Positions 37,101 through 46,453 of a stretch of DNA of 64,000 nucleotides are shown here, one piece after another (within the stretch, counting starts at the first letter, position 1; each line of letters begins with the position of its first letter). Source of the DNA: Candidatus Curtissbacteria bacterium RIFOXYA1_FULL_41_14 (GTDB taxonomy: Bacteria > Patescibacteriota > Microgenomatia > Curtissbacterales > GWA2-41-24); NCBI GenBank assembly GCA_001775095.1, contig MFCA01000029.1:153173-217172 (forward strand), in the 5' to 3' direction. A program made the translations under genes and the position numbers. The notes below the pieces were generated by a model. It searched no databases. It was given only the letters and a program-made list of their open reading frames with translations, and was not told the DNA's origin.

Positions 37101-39529
37101 AACACTTTTTTTCTTATTGTGTAAGCTGTCATGATTATTAGAATAATAATTGATAAGGCGCTAAGCCCGGCACCAAGAATGAAAGATTTCGGCTGGTATT
37201 TAAACTCAACCTGATGATGGTTTTGCGGGACCGCAACGCTTCTAAAAGCATAGTGAGTACGCATAAGTTCTGACTTTTGTCCGTCAATATACACATTCCA
37301 GTCTTGGTCATATGTGTCTGAGATGAAAAGCAAAGAATTATAATCCAGATTAGTAGCGATAGATATCTCATTGGGTTCGTAGTTTATTATTTTTGGTTGA
37401 ACAATAGGCAAATTTTCTTTTTCAATTTTTATTGGGGGTTCTTGTTCTAAGATTAGAGTTTCCAAGTTAAAGCTTGGATCATAGATTTTTTGAATTATCT
37501 CCTGGTCGTTTTTGGCAATGAGGTAATTTGTAGTAAGAAATATTCTTGGCAGAACAGGTCTTCTTTCATAGACTTGAAACTTCTCTTCTTGCCATACCCC
37601 CGTGACATTATCATTTGGAAAATGTTCATAGTGCCAATCGCTATCAGTCTTTGGATTATCTTCTTTGTCCAATAGATATTTAACACCCAAAAGATCAAAA
37701 ATTCTTTTTCTGTAACCGTTTTCTTCGTTGGGGACAACACCGTCAGACCTTAAGTACGAAGACGGAACGCTGCCGTTAAAACTTGAGGCAAGAAGTTCGG
37801 CATATCTTTTGTTTCTCAAAGTGTCATAGCCCTCAATACCATATACCTGGTAATGGGTTGGGAAATTAAAGTCGATATGAGTTGTTCCTGCTCCGTAAAA
37901 TCTATATAAACCGCTATTGTCTCTTAACCAGTCGAAAAGCATATGGTCGGGGAAAATAAACTGCTTCGGGGCAACCGGCAAAAATTTATTAGTATAGTAG
38001 ATTCCGCCAACAAGCATTACCATAAACATGCTGGATACAAGAAAGATTTTCAACATGTTATTTGATAATTTAATTTTTGTTACTATGATTTGAATCATAG
38101 TAACAATTAAGGGTATTGAAACAAACATCAAAGTCGGTAGGATAAGATTTCTGCGGGTTACTGAAAGATTAGTCTGCCAAATTTCTTGAGGCTTTAGGAA
38201 AAACTTTCCTAAGATCGCAAAAAGCCAAAGCAACGCATAAATAACTCCAAGCAGCATGAGGAATTTTGAAATTTTTTTCAGATAAGTTTTGTTTTGGAAA
38301 TTTTTAACAAAATCTTCAAATCCGAAAGCGGCTAGAATGACCAGTAGAAAAATTGAAATTGAAATAAATCTTGAGGGCGTGGTTGCATCCAAAAGCGGAA
38401 TCTTTAAGGTTTTAATAAGATATGTTATCGGTCCGTGAACTGCGACTAGTATAAAAAAAGCCGATGTGAAAGCAGCAAACTTTGTAAAAGAAACCTTCCA
38501 TAATTTAACAATTGCCCAAAGAGCAAAAACCAAGGGAATAACCCCAAAATAAGGGGTAAAGTCTCCATAACTTTGACTCCAAAAATTATTGTTGGCGGGA
38601 TGACCAAAAAAATCGCTGGCAAAAAAGGTTATTAAGTTTTTAAAAGGTATGATGGATCTCTCAAATACTTCTTTGGAAAAAGGTAGCGAGATTGGTGAAT
38701 TTTTGTAAAACCCGTAAGTTGGGACCAATTGGATAGCACCGAGTAAAAGTGATGTTAGCACAGATATTATATAAATAAATAAATTTGCAAAAACTCTTTT
38801 ATTGGCGGATTTAAAAAGCCAATAAATAAATGTGGCCAGGTATAGATAAATTGCTGTTTGGGGATGACCAGCAAGAGTCGATAATGTAAGGGACAAAATA
38901 AGGATTAAAACATAACGCCATTTACCCGCCGGCTGCTCCCCTTCAAAGTAATTGTTGATCGCCCAAAATGATAGGGGCAGCCAGATGTAACTGTGGGCAA
39001 TATTGACATTTTCCATCCATGTAACAAGATAACTGGAAAACATAAAAGCAGTTGAGCCAAATAGTGAAGCGACCGAAGAAAGCCTAAAACTCCTTAAAGC
39101 CAGATACATAAAAATTCCTCCTAACAGCGGCTGGATTACGACAAGAAGGATCCAGGTATTTTGGGTACTGGTTAAAAAATATAAAAGGTTAAGGGGGAAA
39201 AAGACGCTAGACTGGAAATTCGCAAGAAGCGGTTGTCCGGAAAACGTATATGGATTCCAAAGCGGAAATTGGCCGTTTTTAAATTGTGAGATAGCAAATT
39301 CTTTCCAAAGATAAATCTGACGAATTGCATCCGCGTTCAATAGCTCTTTATGAGTAGTCCAAGGGTTATAACCTTCCCAACCGCCTGAATACCAAGGGAA
39401 ATAAAAAGAAACTAATAAATCGGCCGGAATCGGATATAGCCCTTTAAGAAAAATCTTAAAAAAAATAAAGAGGGTAAAGATACAAATTACGGCAAGGGGT
39501 AAAAAAAATGAAAATTCCTTCTTTTTCAT
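37097..39529 (-). CDS. YfhO-family membrane protein
   Basis: PLWNPYTFSGQPLLAN, LPRIF, W.VYIDG motifs. Confidence 0.85.
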   Translation of the reverse strand: MKKKEFSFFLPLAVICIFTLFIFFKIFLKGLYPIPADLLVSFYFPWYSGGWEGYNPWTTHKELLNADAIRQIYLWKEFAISQFKNGQFPLWNPYTFSGQPLLANFQSSVFFPLNLLYFLTSTQNTWILLVVIQPLLGGIFMYLALRSFRLSSVASLFGSTAFMFSSYLVTWMENVNIAHSYIWLPLSFWAINNYFEGEQPAGKWRYVLILILSLTLSTLAGHPQTAIYLYLATFIYWLFKSANKRVFANLFIYIISVLTSLLLGAIQLVPTYGFYKNSPISLPFSKEVFERSIIPFKNLITFFASDFFGHPANNNFWSQSYGDFTPYFGVIPLVFALWAIVKLWKVSFTKFAAFTSAFFILVAVHGPITYLIKTLKIPLLDATTPSRFISISIFLLVILAAFGFEDFVKNFQNKTYLKKISKFLMLLGVIYALLWLFAILGKFFLKPQEIWQTNLSVTRRNLILPTLMFVSIPLIVTMIQIIVTKIKLSNNMLKIFLVSSMFMVMLVGGIYYTNKFLPVAPKQFIFPDHMLFDWLRDNSGLYRFYGAGTTHIDFNFPTHYQVYGIEGYDTLRNKRYAELLASSFNGSVPSSYLRSDGVVPNEENGYRKRIFDLLGVKYLLDKEDNPKTDSDWHYEHFPNDNVTGVWQEEKFQVYERRPVLPRIFLTTNYLIAKNDQEIIQKIYDPSFNLETLILEQEPPIKIEKENLPIVQPKIINYEPNEISIATNLDYNSLLFISDTYDQDWNVYIDGQKSELMRTHYAFRSVAVPQNHHQVEFKYQPKSFILGAGLSALSIIILIIMTAYTIRKKVF

Positions 39530-41034
39530 TAATTTGTGAATTGATGTTTTTCGACTACAAGGTCACCGGGGAATTCTTTTCTCGTCAGAACCACTGTTTT
39601 ATCTCTTGTTTTATCACCATACCAGCCGCCTTTATGGTATTTTTTGGAGGATTCTTCACGAATGACAAGGTACATAATATTCTGGTTTTTCTTTGGATTT
39701 TCCAACAATCCACGCCTATTGTACCAGTAAACTAGATAGTCAAAAGGGTAGTCAAAAATCGCGGGACTATATGCGTAGAAAGTGTAATTTTGGGGATTTT
39801 GTGAAGCAATATAATCCATGACCATTTTTTGATTTCGGTATGTACCTCCATCACCTAACCAACTAATTTTAAAAGGTGATATAAGCCCGCTGTTAAAATT
39901 TAATACAACCAATATCAGTATTAAAATGCTTATGGGTATTTTCAATTCTTTTATTGAGTAAGCATATAAAAAAATTTTCGAGAGGATAACTATAAATAAA
40001 ATAGGCAATCCTATTAAGTAATAGTTCCAAACTATGTCTTTGAAGATAGTAAAGAATACTAAGGAAAAAGCTAAAATTACTAATAAATATCTCAGGAAAA
40101 AATCGTTTTTCAACAGGTGCCAACTTCTCTTATCCCTTGAGATAATGAGAATTAAGACACCTATCGCAATTATTAAGGCTAAAGCGAATATTTTATTATT
40201 TTTCGTAAATGCCTGAGAAAAGATTTCCCAATAAAGATCCAGCCGATTATATAATCTATTAATTATTGGTACCTCTTGCCCATAATTTATAGGGTGAATT
40301 ATGTATGAGGCAATAGATTTTGAGATTAAGAAGTTATGTTTAATATCAAATATAATTCTCGGCGAAAGTATAGCTGCCATGCCTAAAAATGTTAATAAAA
40401 AGTGTTTCTTGTAAAAAATCTTCCTAAAAAGTAATAGCGATATTAGTACATTCAGAGACAACATCAACCCAAAAGGGAGTTCTGAATCCATAATCAAAAA
40501 TGCAATAATGCCCATAAAGAAAAATAGACTGTAGGAGGGCTTATTTGAAATTCGAAGTATAACGTAAAAGAAGGCTATGAGTAAAACAGGTGTCAAGGAG
40601 GTATTCCAGATTAGAGTTGGTCCAAGCATCCACGACGATGACATGGATGCGATGAGTGCTAAGGAGAATGCCAGAATTGATGATCCAGTGACTTTTCTTA
40701 ACAAGAAGAATAAAAAAATAACAGTCAGCACCGCCAGGAGTCCGAAAAAATTTGCGACTCCTTGAGGGTTACCTTTAGAAAAAAATAATATAGGTGATAG
40801 AAAATAATACCACCATGGACCATAAAAGATACCTTGAAGTCCACTGGTAGGACCAATTAAGGTTGGCTGATGTTCAAAAACTATCTGGGCTACCTTTAAC
40901 AGATCTCTTCCCTGATCATATGTGAACGCAAAAAAGCCCTGAGCGGTGATCGGTATTTTAAGAAGTAAATTAACAAGCGTAAGGATTAATAGTCCAATAT
41001 AATCAATCCTTGATAATTTTAGTGTTTCCTCCAT
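39529..41034 (-). CDS. GT-C membrane glycosyltransferase
   Basis: FTYDQGRD, TLIGP, YGPWWYY motifs. Confidence 0.8.
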   Translation of the reverse strand: MEETLKLSRIDYIGLLILTLVNLLLKIPITAQGFFAFTYDQGRDLLKVAQIVFEHQPTLIGPTSGLQGIFYGPWWYYFLSPILFFSKGNPQGVANFFGLLAVLTVIFLFFLLRKVTGSSILAFSLALIASMSSSWMLGPTLIWNTSLTPVLLIAFFYVILRISNKPSYSLFFFMGIIAFLIMDSELPFGLMLSLNVLISLLLFRKIFYKKHFLLTFLGMAAILSPRIIFDIKHNFLISKSIASYIIHPINYGQEVPIINRLYNRLDLYWEIFSQAFTKNNKIFALALIIAIGVLILIISRDKRSWHLLKNDFFLRYLLVILAFSLVFFTIFKDIVWNYYLIGLPILFIVILSKIFLYAYSIKELKIPISILILILVVLNFNSGLISPFKISWLGDGGTYRNQKMVMDYIASQNPQNYTFYAYSPAIFDYPFDYLVYWYNRRGLLENPKKNQNIMYLVIREESSKKYHKGGWYGDKTRDKTVVLTRKEFPGDLVVEKHQFTN

Positions 41035-42230
41035 TTTGTTACGCCTCTATCGAAAAATATTACAATGAATAATGTCAGGATAAGGGGAGCAACTGTTACC
41101 GCCTGCATGAAATTAATTGTATTGGGATGCGACCAATCGCCATAAAAAAGATATGGAAGATAGCGTAAGCTGGCCCCGACAGACAAGGTAATTGATATCA
41201 TAACAAGATTTAATCTTGGTAGAAGGGCAACAAATGGTAAAGTCCAGAATAAGTACCATGGTTGAAATTGGACTTGAGTGGCTCCGGCTGAGACAAAAGG
41301 GACGGTAATTCGAAATGAGGAAAATAAATACGTAAAGATTGCCATTGTTAGCAAATTTGCCAATACGAAGGAGTTAATTTTTTTCATTTTTCCGATACTG
41401 GCAAACAACAGCCAAGGTAAATTTAGGATCGGGATGTACTTAATCAAAACCCCTGCAAAAAGAATTGCCAATGACCAAAGGTTCTTACCGATGGCAAAGA
41501 AATATAATGATCCGAGCATAAAAGTTGCCAGAACCACATCGTTATGAGCGTTGGCCACGCCTTCTATCAGAAAAAGTGGGTTGAAAGTATAAAAAGCAGT
41601 CCCAAAAGTTGCCATCTTAATATTAATTCTTTTCAAAATTTTCCAAATTAAGTATGCATTGATTAAATGGAAAGAAGCGATAAAAATTTTAAATGTTAAG
41701 AAATTCAGAGTAAATTTTCCTAAGCCTAAGAACGCTGGAATGATTGACATACCAAGCCATAATGGTCCATATGGCGACAAGCGGTGCACCCAGCGCATAA
41801 ATCTTAACCAGTCATCATTTGGAAAATCCAGTGGTCTATAAGTGTAGGGACTTGCATGATAGTTGAGAATTATCTTAGCGTCAAAAAGATAATTAAAAAG
41901 ATCAGACGATAAAAAGGGGTAAGCCAAGATTAGTACTGACGTGTTGGCAATGGTTGATAATCTTAAATATCGTAAGCCAATTTTATTTCTGTAAAACAAC
42001 CACAAGTTAATAATGAAAAACGAAAAAGTAGTAATTATCAAAATCAAATAAATCAGAGTTGCTTGTGGCCGATGATAGTACCCCAGTTGTTGCATCAACC
42101 TGATAAATGAGAGCAGTTGAGGATTTTGAGATAGGGTCAGATTAAGGTCAACATAAGCATATGAAAACACTGTCAAGAAGCCATAAAGGGTAACATTAAT
42201 GCCGAGAAGAATCTTTTCGAGTTTTGACAC
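41019..42230 (-). CDS. GT87/MptA-like polyprenol-phosphomannose-dependent glycosyltransferase
   Basis: LSSDLFNY, SPYGPLW, NP....E...NAHND, IKY, QPWY motifs. Confidence 0.75.
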   Translation of the reverse strand: MSKLEKILLGINVTLYGFLTVFSYAYVDLNLTLSQNPQLLSFIRLMQQLGYYHRPQATLIYLILIITTFSFFIINLWLFYRNKIGLRYLRLSTIANTSVLILAYPFLSSDLFNYLFDAKIILNYHASPYTYRPLDFPNDDWLRFMRWVHRLSPYGPLWLGMSIIPAFLGLGKFTLNFLTFKIFIASFHLINAYLIWKILKRINIKMATFGTAFYTFNPLFLIEGVANAHNDVVLATFMLGSLYFFAIGKNLWSLAILFAGVLIKYIPILNLPWLLFASIGKMKKINSFVLANLLTMAIFTYLFSSFRITVPFVSAGATQVQFQPWYLFWTLPFVALLPRLNLVMISITLSVGASLRYLPYLFYGDWSHPNTINFMQAVTVAPLILTLFIVIFFDRGVTKWRKH

Positions 42231-42236
42231 TTGCCA

Positions 42237-43619
42237 TTATTTTACAGAAACAACTTCGATAAAGCTAATAGTTTTGATTTCAACTTGTTTATCAGGAAAA
42301 GCTTTCTGATATTTTAATTTTAAAAAATACTCCGGTATATTATTTTCCAGGATGTATAGATTTTTTCCGCCTTCCCGGGGCTCTTTTTTTGATAATTTAA
42401 AAAGTGTTGGATAGCCGGTATTAAGTGAGATGGGTAAGTTATTGTAAAGATTATATGTCTGATTGTTGGTGTCGTTAATTATCAACTCGACAACCTTTTT
42501 TTTAGTTTCATAATTAACCCATGAGCTATAATTTATGGCTCTGCTAACGTTAGTGAATAGAAAAATTACTGCAAATGTTAAAAAAATCCAAAAGAATTTC
42601 CTTGCCGAAATGGAAACAAGCAAGATCATAGGTAATAAAACCTGTTGAAAATAATAATTCGGTACCCACCCTTTATAGAAAACAAAGCCCACAAAAGTAA
42701 AAATAATCCAAAATGGCAAAAATAGAAATAAACGGTTTTTTGACTTTAAGACTAGATAAATTCCAGAACCTATTAGGACAAGCGTTATTAGCGAAAAAAT
42801 TAATGAACTTGATTGGAAGAGATAAAAGGAAAAAAACGGAGTTAAGACATCTCTGAATAAAAACATGGATCTGAAGAGATAATCTTCGCTAGTAATATTT
42901 TGGTGAATAAAGTTAAGAAAGTTATTCAAAAGGATATTGTCATGACGGAAATTGAAAACAACCAGAGGTAAATAACTGGCCAAAAATGCCAGCGCAGCAG
43001 CGATAAAGACAAGCACGCTTCTTTTTGGTCTAATTAAGGCAAACAGGAAAAATGCTAAGGCTGAAAAAATAAAGACCGGATTAAAATTGACTACAGCAAT
43101 ACCAGCGATAAAGGCTCCAAAGACAATATATTTGTTTTCACCTAAAAAATATTTATAAAAGCAAAACAAAAGACCAGTAGAGGCTAGAAACAGGAAATAG
43201 TTGCTGTTGACACCTCCTTCAAATGAAATTTGGGCAAAAGAAACAGCATAAATTAAGCAAGTAATTGTTGCTGTTTTAGTATCAAAAATTTTTTGGGCAA
43301 TAAAATAAAGAACGGCTATGGTTATGACACCAATGATGAGGTAAAAATAAGGAACGCAATCAGGTGAAAGTTGGCAAATTCCGTATGGAATAAATTGTAT
43401 CCAGTTATGTAAGGGCCCCAAAAAAAATCCTTCAAATGATAACTCTTGTCCGACAAGTGTTATTTTATGGTACGTAAAAAAATCAAAGGCAGCCTCGGCT
43501 GGTACTTGTTGGTCGAAATCAAATGGGAAAATTTCTTCTATTTTGTAAAGTCTTAAAAATAAAGCGGCAATAAGAATAAGGGCGAGAACGAAATAACGTA
43601 TTTTGAATTTCGGAGGCAT
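42237..43619 (-). CDS. GT-C membrane glycosyltransferase
   Basis: LRLY, FDFDQ, TLVG, FLGP motifs; polytopic. Confidence 0.75.
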   Translation of the reverse strand: MPPKFKIRYFVLALILIAALFLRLYKIEEIFPFDFDQQVPAEAAFDFFTYHKITLVGQELSFEGFFLGPLHNWIQFIPYGICQLSPDCVPYFYLIIGVITIAVLYFIAQKIFDTKTATITCLIYAVSFAQISFEGGVNSNYFLFLASTGLLFCFYKYFLGENKYIVFGAFIAGIAVVNFNPVFIFSALAFFLFALIRPKRSVLVFIAAALAFLASYLPLVVFNFRHDNILLNNFLNFIHQNITSEDYLFRSMFLFRDVLTPFFSFYLFQSSSLIFSLITLVLIGSGIYLVLKSKNRLFLFLPFWIIFTFVGFVFYKGWVPNYYFQQVLLPMILLVSISARKFFWIFLTFAVIFLFTNVSRAINYSSWVNYETKKKVVELIINDTNNQTYNLYNNLPISLNTGYPTLFKLSKKEPREGGKNLYILENNIPEYFLKLKYQKAFPDKQVEIKTISFIEVVSVK

Positions 43620-44275
43620 TAGTCTTTTTGAGCAACTATTAATGATTGTTTCCCGAATATTAAATGTAAGGGTGTCAGCTTTAAGTAGAATCGTACAAGT
43701 ATGGGGATCTTGGGTAAATTGCCTTTTGTAGAATAAGGTAAAAATTTGCTCTTTTTCTCAATAATTCTGAAACCCTTTAACTCTAAAAGCTCAATCATAC
43801 TTTTATCGGAAAGCGGTAGTTGATGGTCTAAAAAATCCCAATATGCGGATCCCACGTACCTAATATTTGGCATTAAAATTATTAATCTTCCTCTTTTTTT
43901 TAATACCTTCCTAATTTCATCGACAGTAATTACCAGTTCTTCCTTGGTTGGAAGATGCTCAAAAAAATTGCTGGCAAAGACTACATCTAATTTATCTTTA
44001 ATTTTTTGGGCGAGATTAACACTTTTGCAGGCTACGACTTGCACATCACTTGCCGCGTATTTACGGGATTCCGGGTTAACATCGATAGCAATTTTATTTT
44101 GGGCTTTGATGTTATTTATAAATTCACAAAAGCCTGCGCCAAGATCACAAATTGTATCGGTGGTTTTTATGTATTTTTGGAAGAAATCCTGGCAAAGAAC
44201 TTTCCAGATTTCATTGCGAATTTTGATGTCTTTTTCGAAACGAAGTCTATAAAGCCTTGCAGTGGTATATTCCAT
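43619..44275 (-). CDS. Class I SAM-dependent methyltransferase
   Basis: CDLGAG, D.VF.SNFFEH, LK.RG.LII..PN. Confidence 0.85.
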   Translation of the reverse strand: MEYTTARLYRLRFEKDIKIRNEIWKVLCQDFFQKYIKTTDTICDLGAGFCEFINNIKAQNKIAIDVNPESRKYAASDVQVVACKSVNLAQKIKDKLDVVFASNFFEHLPTKEELVITVDEIRKVLKKRGRLIILMPNIRYVGSAYWDFLDHQLPLSDKSMIELLELKGFRIIEKKSKFLPYSTKGNLPKIPILVRFYLKLTPLHLIFGKQSLIVAQKD

Positions 44276-45031
44276 TTAGCGATAAACGCCACGAAGGTCG
44301 TTTAGACGGACTTTAACTACGTCACGAAACATTCTCAAGGAATCTTTAATGGGATTAACTCGAGAAGTGGCAACGTGATGCCAGATAATCGGTACTTCTT
44401 TAATTTTGTAGCCTGATTTTTGGGCAAGAAATAACAGTTCAACATCAAATGCGGTGACTAAAGCGCCTTTAACCTTTTTACCTTTTGCATAAACTTTTAG
44501 TTTTTCAAAAAGCTTTTTGGCAACATCGGCCTTGAAACATTTAAAGCCGGCTTGCGTATCCCAAATTCCCCGAACCGCAATCGTCTGGACAACAAGATTA
44601 AATACTAAGCCCATTAAGTGGCGGTGAAATGGTTCTTTTTCTCTTTTGGCACCAGGGATTTGTCTGGAACCAATTACCACATCATAATCGGGGAAAAATG
44701 GAAGTAGTTTTTCAATTTCAGAAAGGGGCGTAGCTTGATCAAAATCAGTAAACAAGATCAATTCCCCTTTTGCTTCCCGGACTCCGGTCTTGACTGTTTC
44801 TGCTTTTCCCTGGTGCGGATTCTTAATAACGCGGATATTTTCGAATTTTTTTGCAAATTCACCGGCTAACTTGGCGGTTTGATCATCCGAACCGTCATCA
44901 ATAATTAAGGCCTCGTATGAATAATCTTGTTTTTCTAAATATTTCGGAACCTCATCCAAAATTCCTTTTTTAAAATTCGGCTCCTCGTTGTAGGCCGGGA
45001 TAATAACAGAAAGGTAAGGCTTTGTGGACAC
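44276..45031 (-). CDS. ALG5-like polyprenyl-phosphate glucosyltransferase (GT2)
   Basis: LSVIIPAYNE, DDGS.D, GK, D.DQATP, DTQ.GFK.F, FDVELL. Confidence 0.88.
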   Translation of the reverse strand: MSTKPYLSVIIPAYNEEPNFKKGILDEVPKYLEKQDYSYEALIIDDGSDDQTAKLAGEFAKKFENIRVIKNPHQGKAETVKTGVREAKGELILFTDFDQATPLSEIEKLLPFFPDYDVVIGSRQIPGAKREKEPFHRHLMGLVFNLVVQTIAVRGIWDTQAGFKCFKADVAKKLFEKLKVYAKGKKVKGALVTAFDVELLFLAQKSGYKIKEVPIIWHHVATSRVNPIKDSLRMFRDVVKVRLNDLRGVYR

Positions 45032-45070
45032 CTTAATTATTATGCTTGTTAAGACTTGTCCTTGTCAAAG

Positions 45071-45493
45071 CCCCGTTAGAGACTTTGTGAGAAAAAGAAT
45101 TTTAGCCTGTTCTTTAGATATCTTCTTCCCATGCCTGACTTAAGATACTTCTCCCTTGCCCTAGCATCTTCCCTATTTAAACCAACTTCAAAGTAAATTA
45201 TTTTCCAAGGTATTCCATGTTTAGTTGATCTATTCTTACCAGAATTATGCTGTAAAATTCTTTTTCTCAAGTTATTTGTCGATCCGATATACCAGTGACC
45301 ATTCTTTTTACTAACTAACAAGTATACGTACCACATCCCGTTAGAAGTTGACCTCAAGGATTAAGGCTCCTTATTAAGGAGCTTGAGATAATTTTTTATT
45401 GCAATCTAGATTGTATCTCAAAACAACGAAAATTTCTTCGAGATTTTCGTTAACAGACTTTTAACGGGACACATAAATTAGTCTCTAACGGGG
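45071..45493. mobile_element. 423-bp element with 14-bp terminal inverted repeats and 6-bp flanking direct repeat, carrying a GIY-YIG nuclease
   Basis: CCCCGTTAGAGACT (45071-45084) / AGTCTCTAACGGGG (45480-45493); TCAAAG at 45065-45070 and 45494-45499. Confidence 0.75.
45076..45336 (-). CDS. Small GIY-YIG nuclease family protein
   Basis: WYVYLL..YIGSTNNLRKR..HN.G..ST..PW..IY.E...A..RE..LK; ATG at 45336 is the likely start. Confidence 0.88.
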   Translation of the reverse strand: MWYVYLLVSKKNGHWYIGSTNNLRKRILQHNSGKNRSTKHGIPWKIIYFEVGLNREDARAREKYLKSGMGRRYLKNRLKFFFSQSL

Positions 45494-46395
45494 TCAAAGA
45501 GATAAAGAAGGAGTGCCATTCTGACATAAAGGCCATTTTGTGCTTCTTCAAAATAAATCGCACGCGGGTCTTTGTCGACATCTTTAGTAATTTCATTGAT
45601 TCTTGGTAATGCATGCATAATAACTGCATTTTTTTTCATCAGTTTTAAAGAATTTTTGTCAATGACATATACCCCAAAATATTTTTTATAATCCGATTTT
45701 GTCAATCTTTCTTTTTGTATTCTAGTCTGATAAATTACATCTGCTTCCCTTAGTCCATCTACTAATTTATCTGTCTCAGTAAATTCATTACCGGATTTCT
45801 TAAGTCTTTCTCTTAATTCTGGGAATATTCTCAGTTTATCGGGCGAGACAAAAATGAATTTAACCCTTGGATAAAGCGTCAACAAATACGATAGTGAGTG
45901 GACTGACCTATAAGTTGCCAGATCACCAACCATAGCTACGGTAAAATCAGGATTTTTAAACTTTGAAAAGATTGTGTAAAGATCAAGTAGTGCCTGAGTA
46001 GGATGTTCATGACTGCCATCTCCCGCATTGATAACCGGGACTTTTGAATATGAAGCGGCAATTTCCGAGGCTCCGGATACAAAATGTCTCAAAACTACTA
46101 CATCACAAAAAGAATTAACGACACGAATCGTGTCTTCAAGAGTTTCCCCTTTTATTGCCGAGGAGAACTCTGCCGCGTTATCTGTGGCAACTACAGATCC
46201 GCCAAGTCGAAGCATGGCTGATTCAAAAGAAAGCCTGGTCCTGGTTGATGGCTCATAAAAGAGAGTTGCCATAATTTTCCCTCTCAAGGCATTTTTGGGG
46301 TATTTTTTAGCTTTGATTTTATCAACAATGGAAAAAAGATTTGAGAGGGTATTTTTATCGAATTGTTTGGCAGAAATTATGTGCCTGAGTTTCAT
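45478..46395 (-). CDS. pyrB: Aspartate carbamoyltransferase catalytic subunit
   Basis: FYEPSTRTRLSF, INAGDG..EHPTQALLD, TRIQKER, MHALPR. Confidence 0.95.
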   Translation of the reverse strand: MKLRHIISAKQFDKNTLSNLFSIVDKIKAKKYPKNALRGKIMATLFYEPSTRTRLSFESAMLRLGGSVVATDNAAEFSSAIKGETLEDTIRVVNSFCDVVVLRHFVSGASEIAASYSKVPVINAGDGSHEHPTQALLDLYTIFSKFKNPDFTVAMVGDLATYRSVHSLSYLLTLYPRVKFIFVSPDKLRIFPELRERLKKSGNEFTETDKLVDGLREADVIYQTRIQKERLTKSDYKKYFGVYVIDKNSLKLMKKNAVIMHALPRINEITKDVDKDPRAIYFEEAQNGLYVRMALLLYLFDPVRD

Positions 46396-46453
46396 CGGAG
46401 AAAATTATACACCAGTCGTTGTCATAATTTAAGACCCCTGCTTAGTTTATATC

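Noticed and set aside
38921-38940. cccgccggctg as a separate repeat insertion
   Set aside because: Too short and degenerate to call on its own
45337-45357. N-terminal extension of GIY-YIG ORF (MRSTSNG)
   Set aside because: TTG start inside repeat; ATG at 45336 matches the family N-terminus
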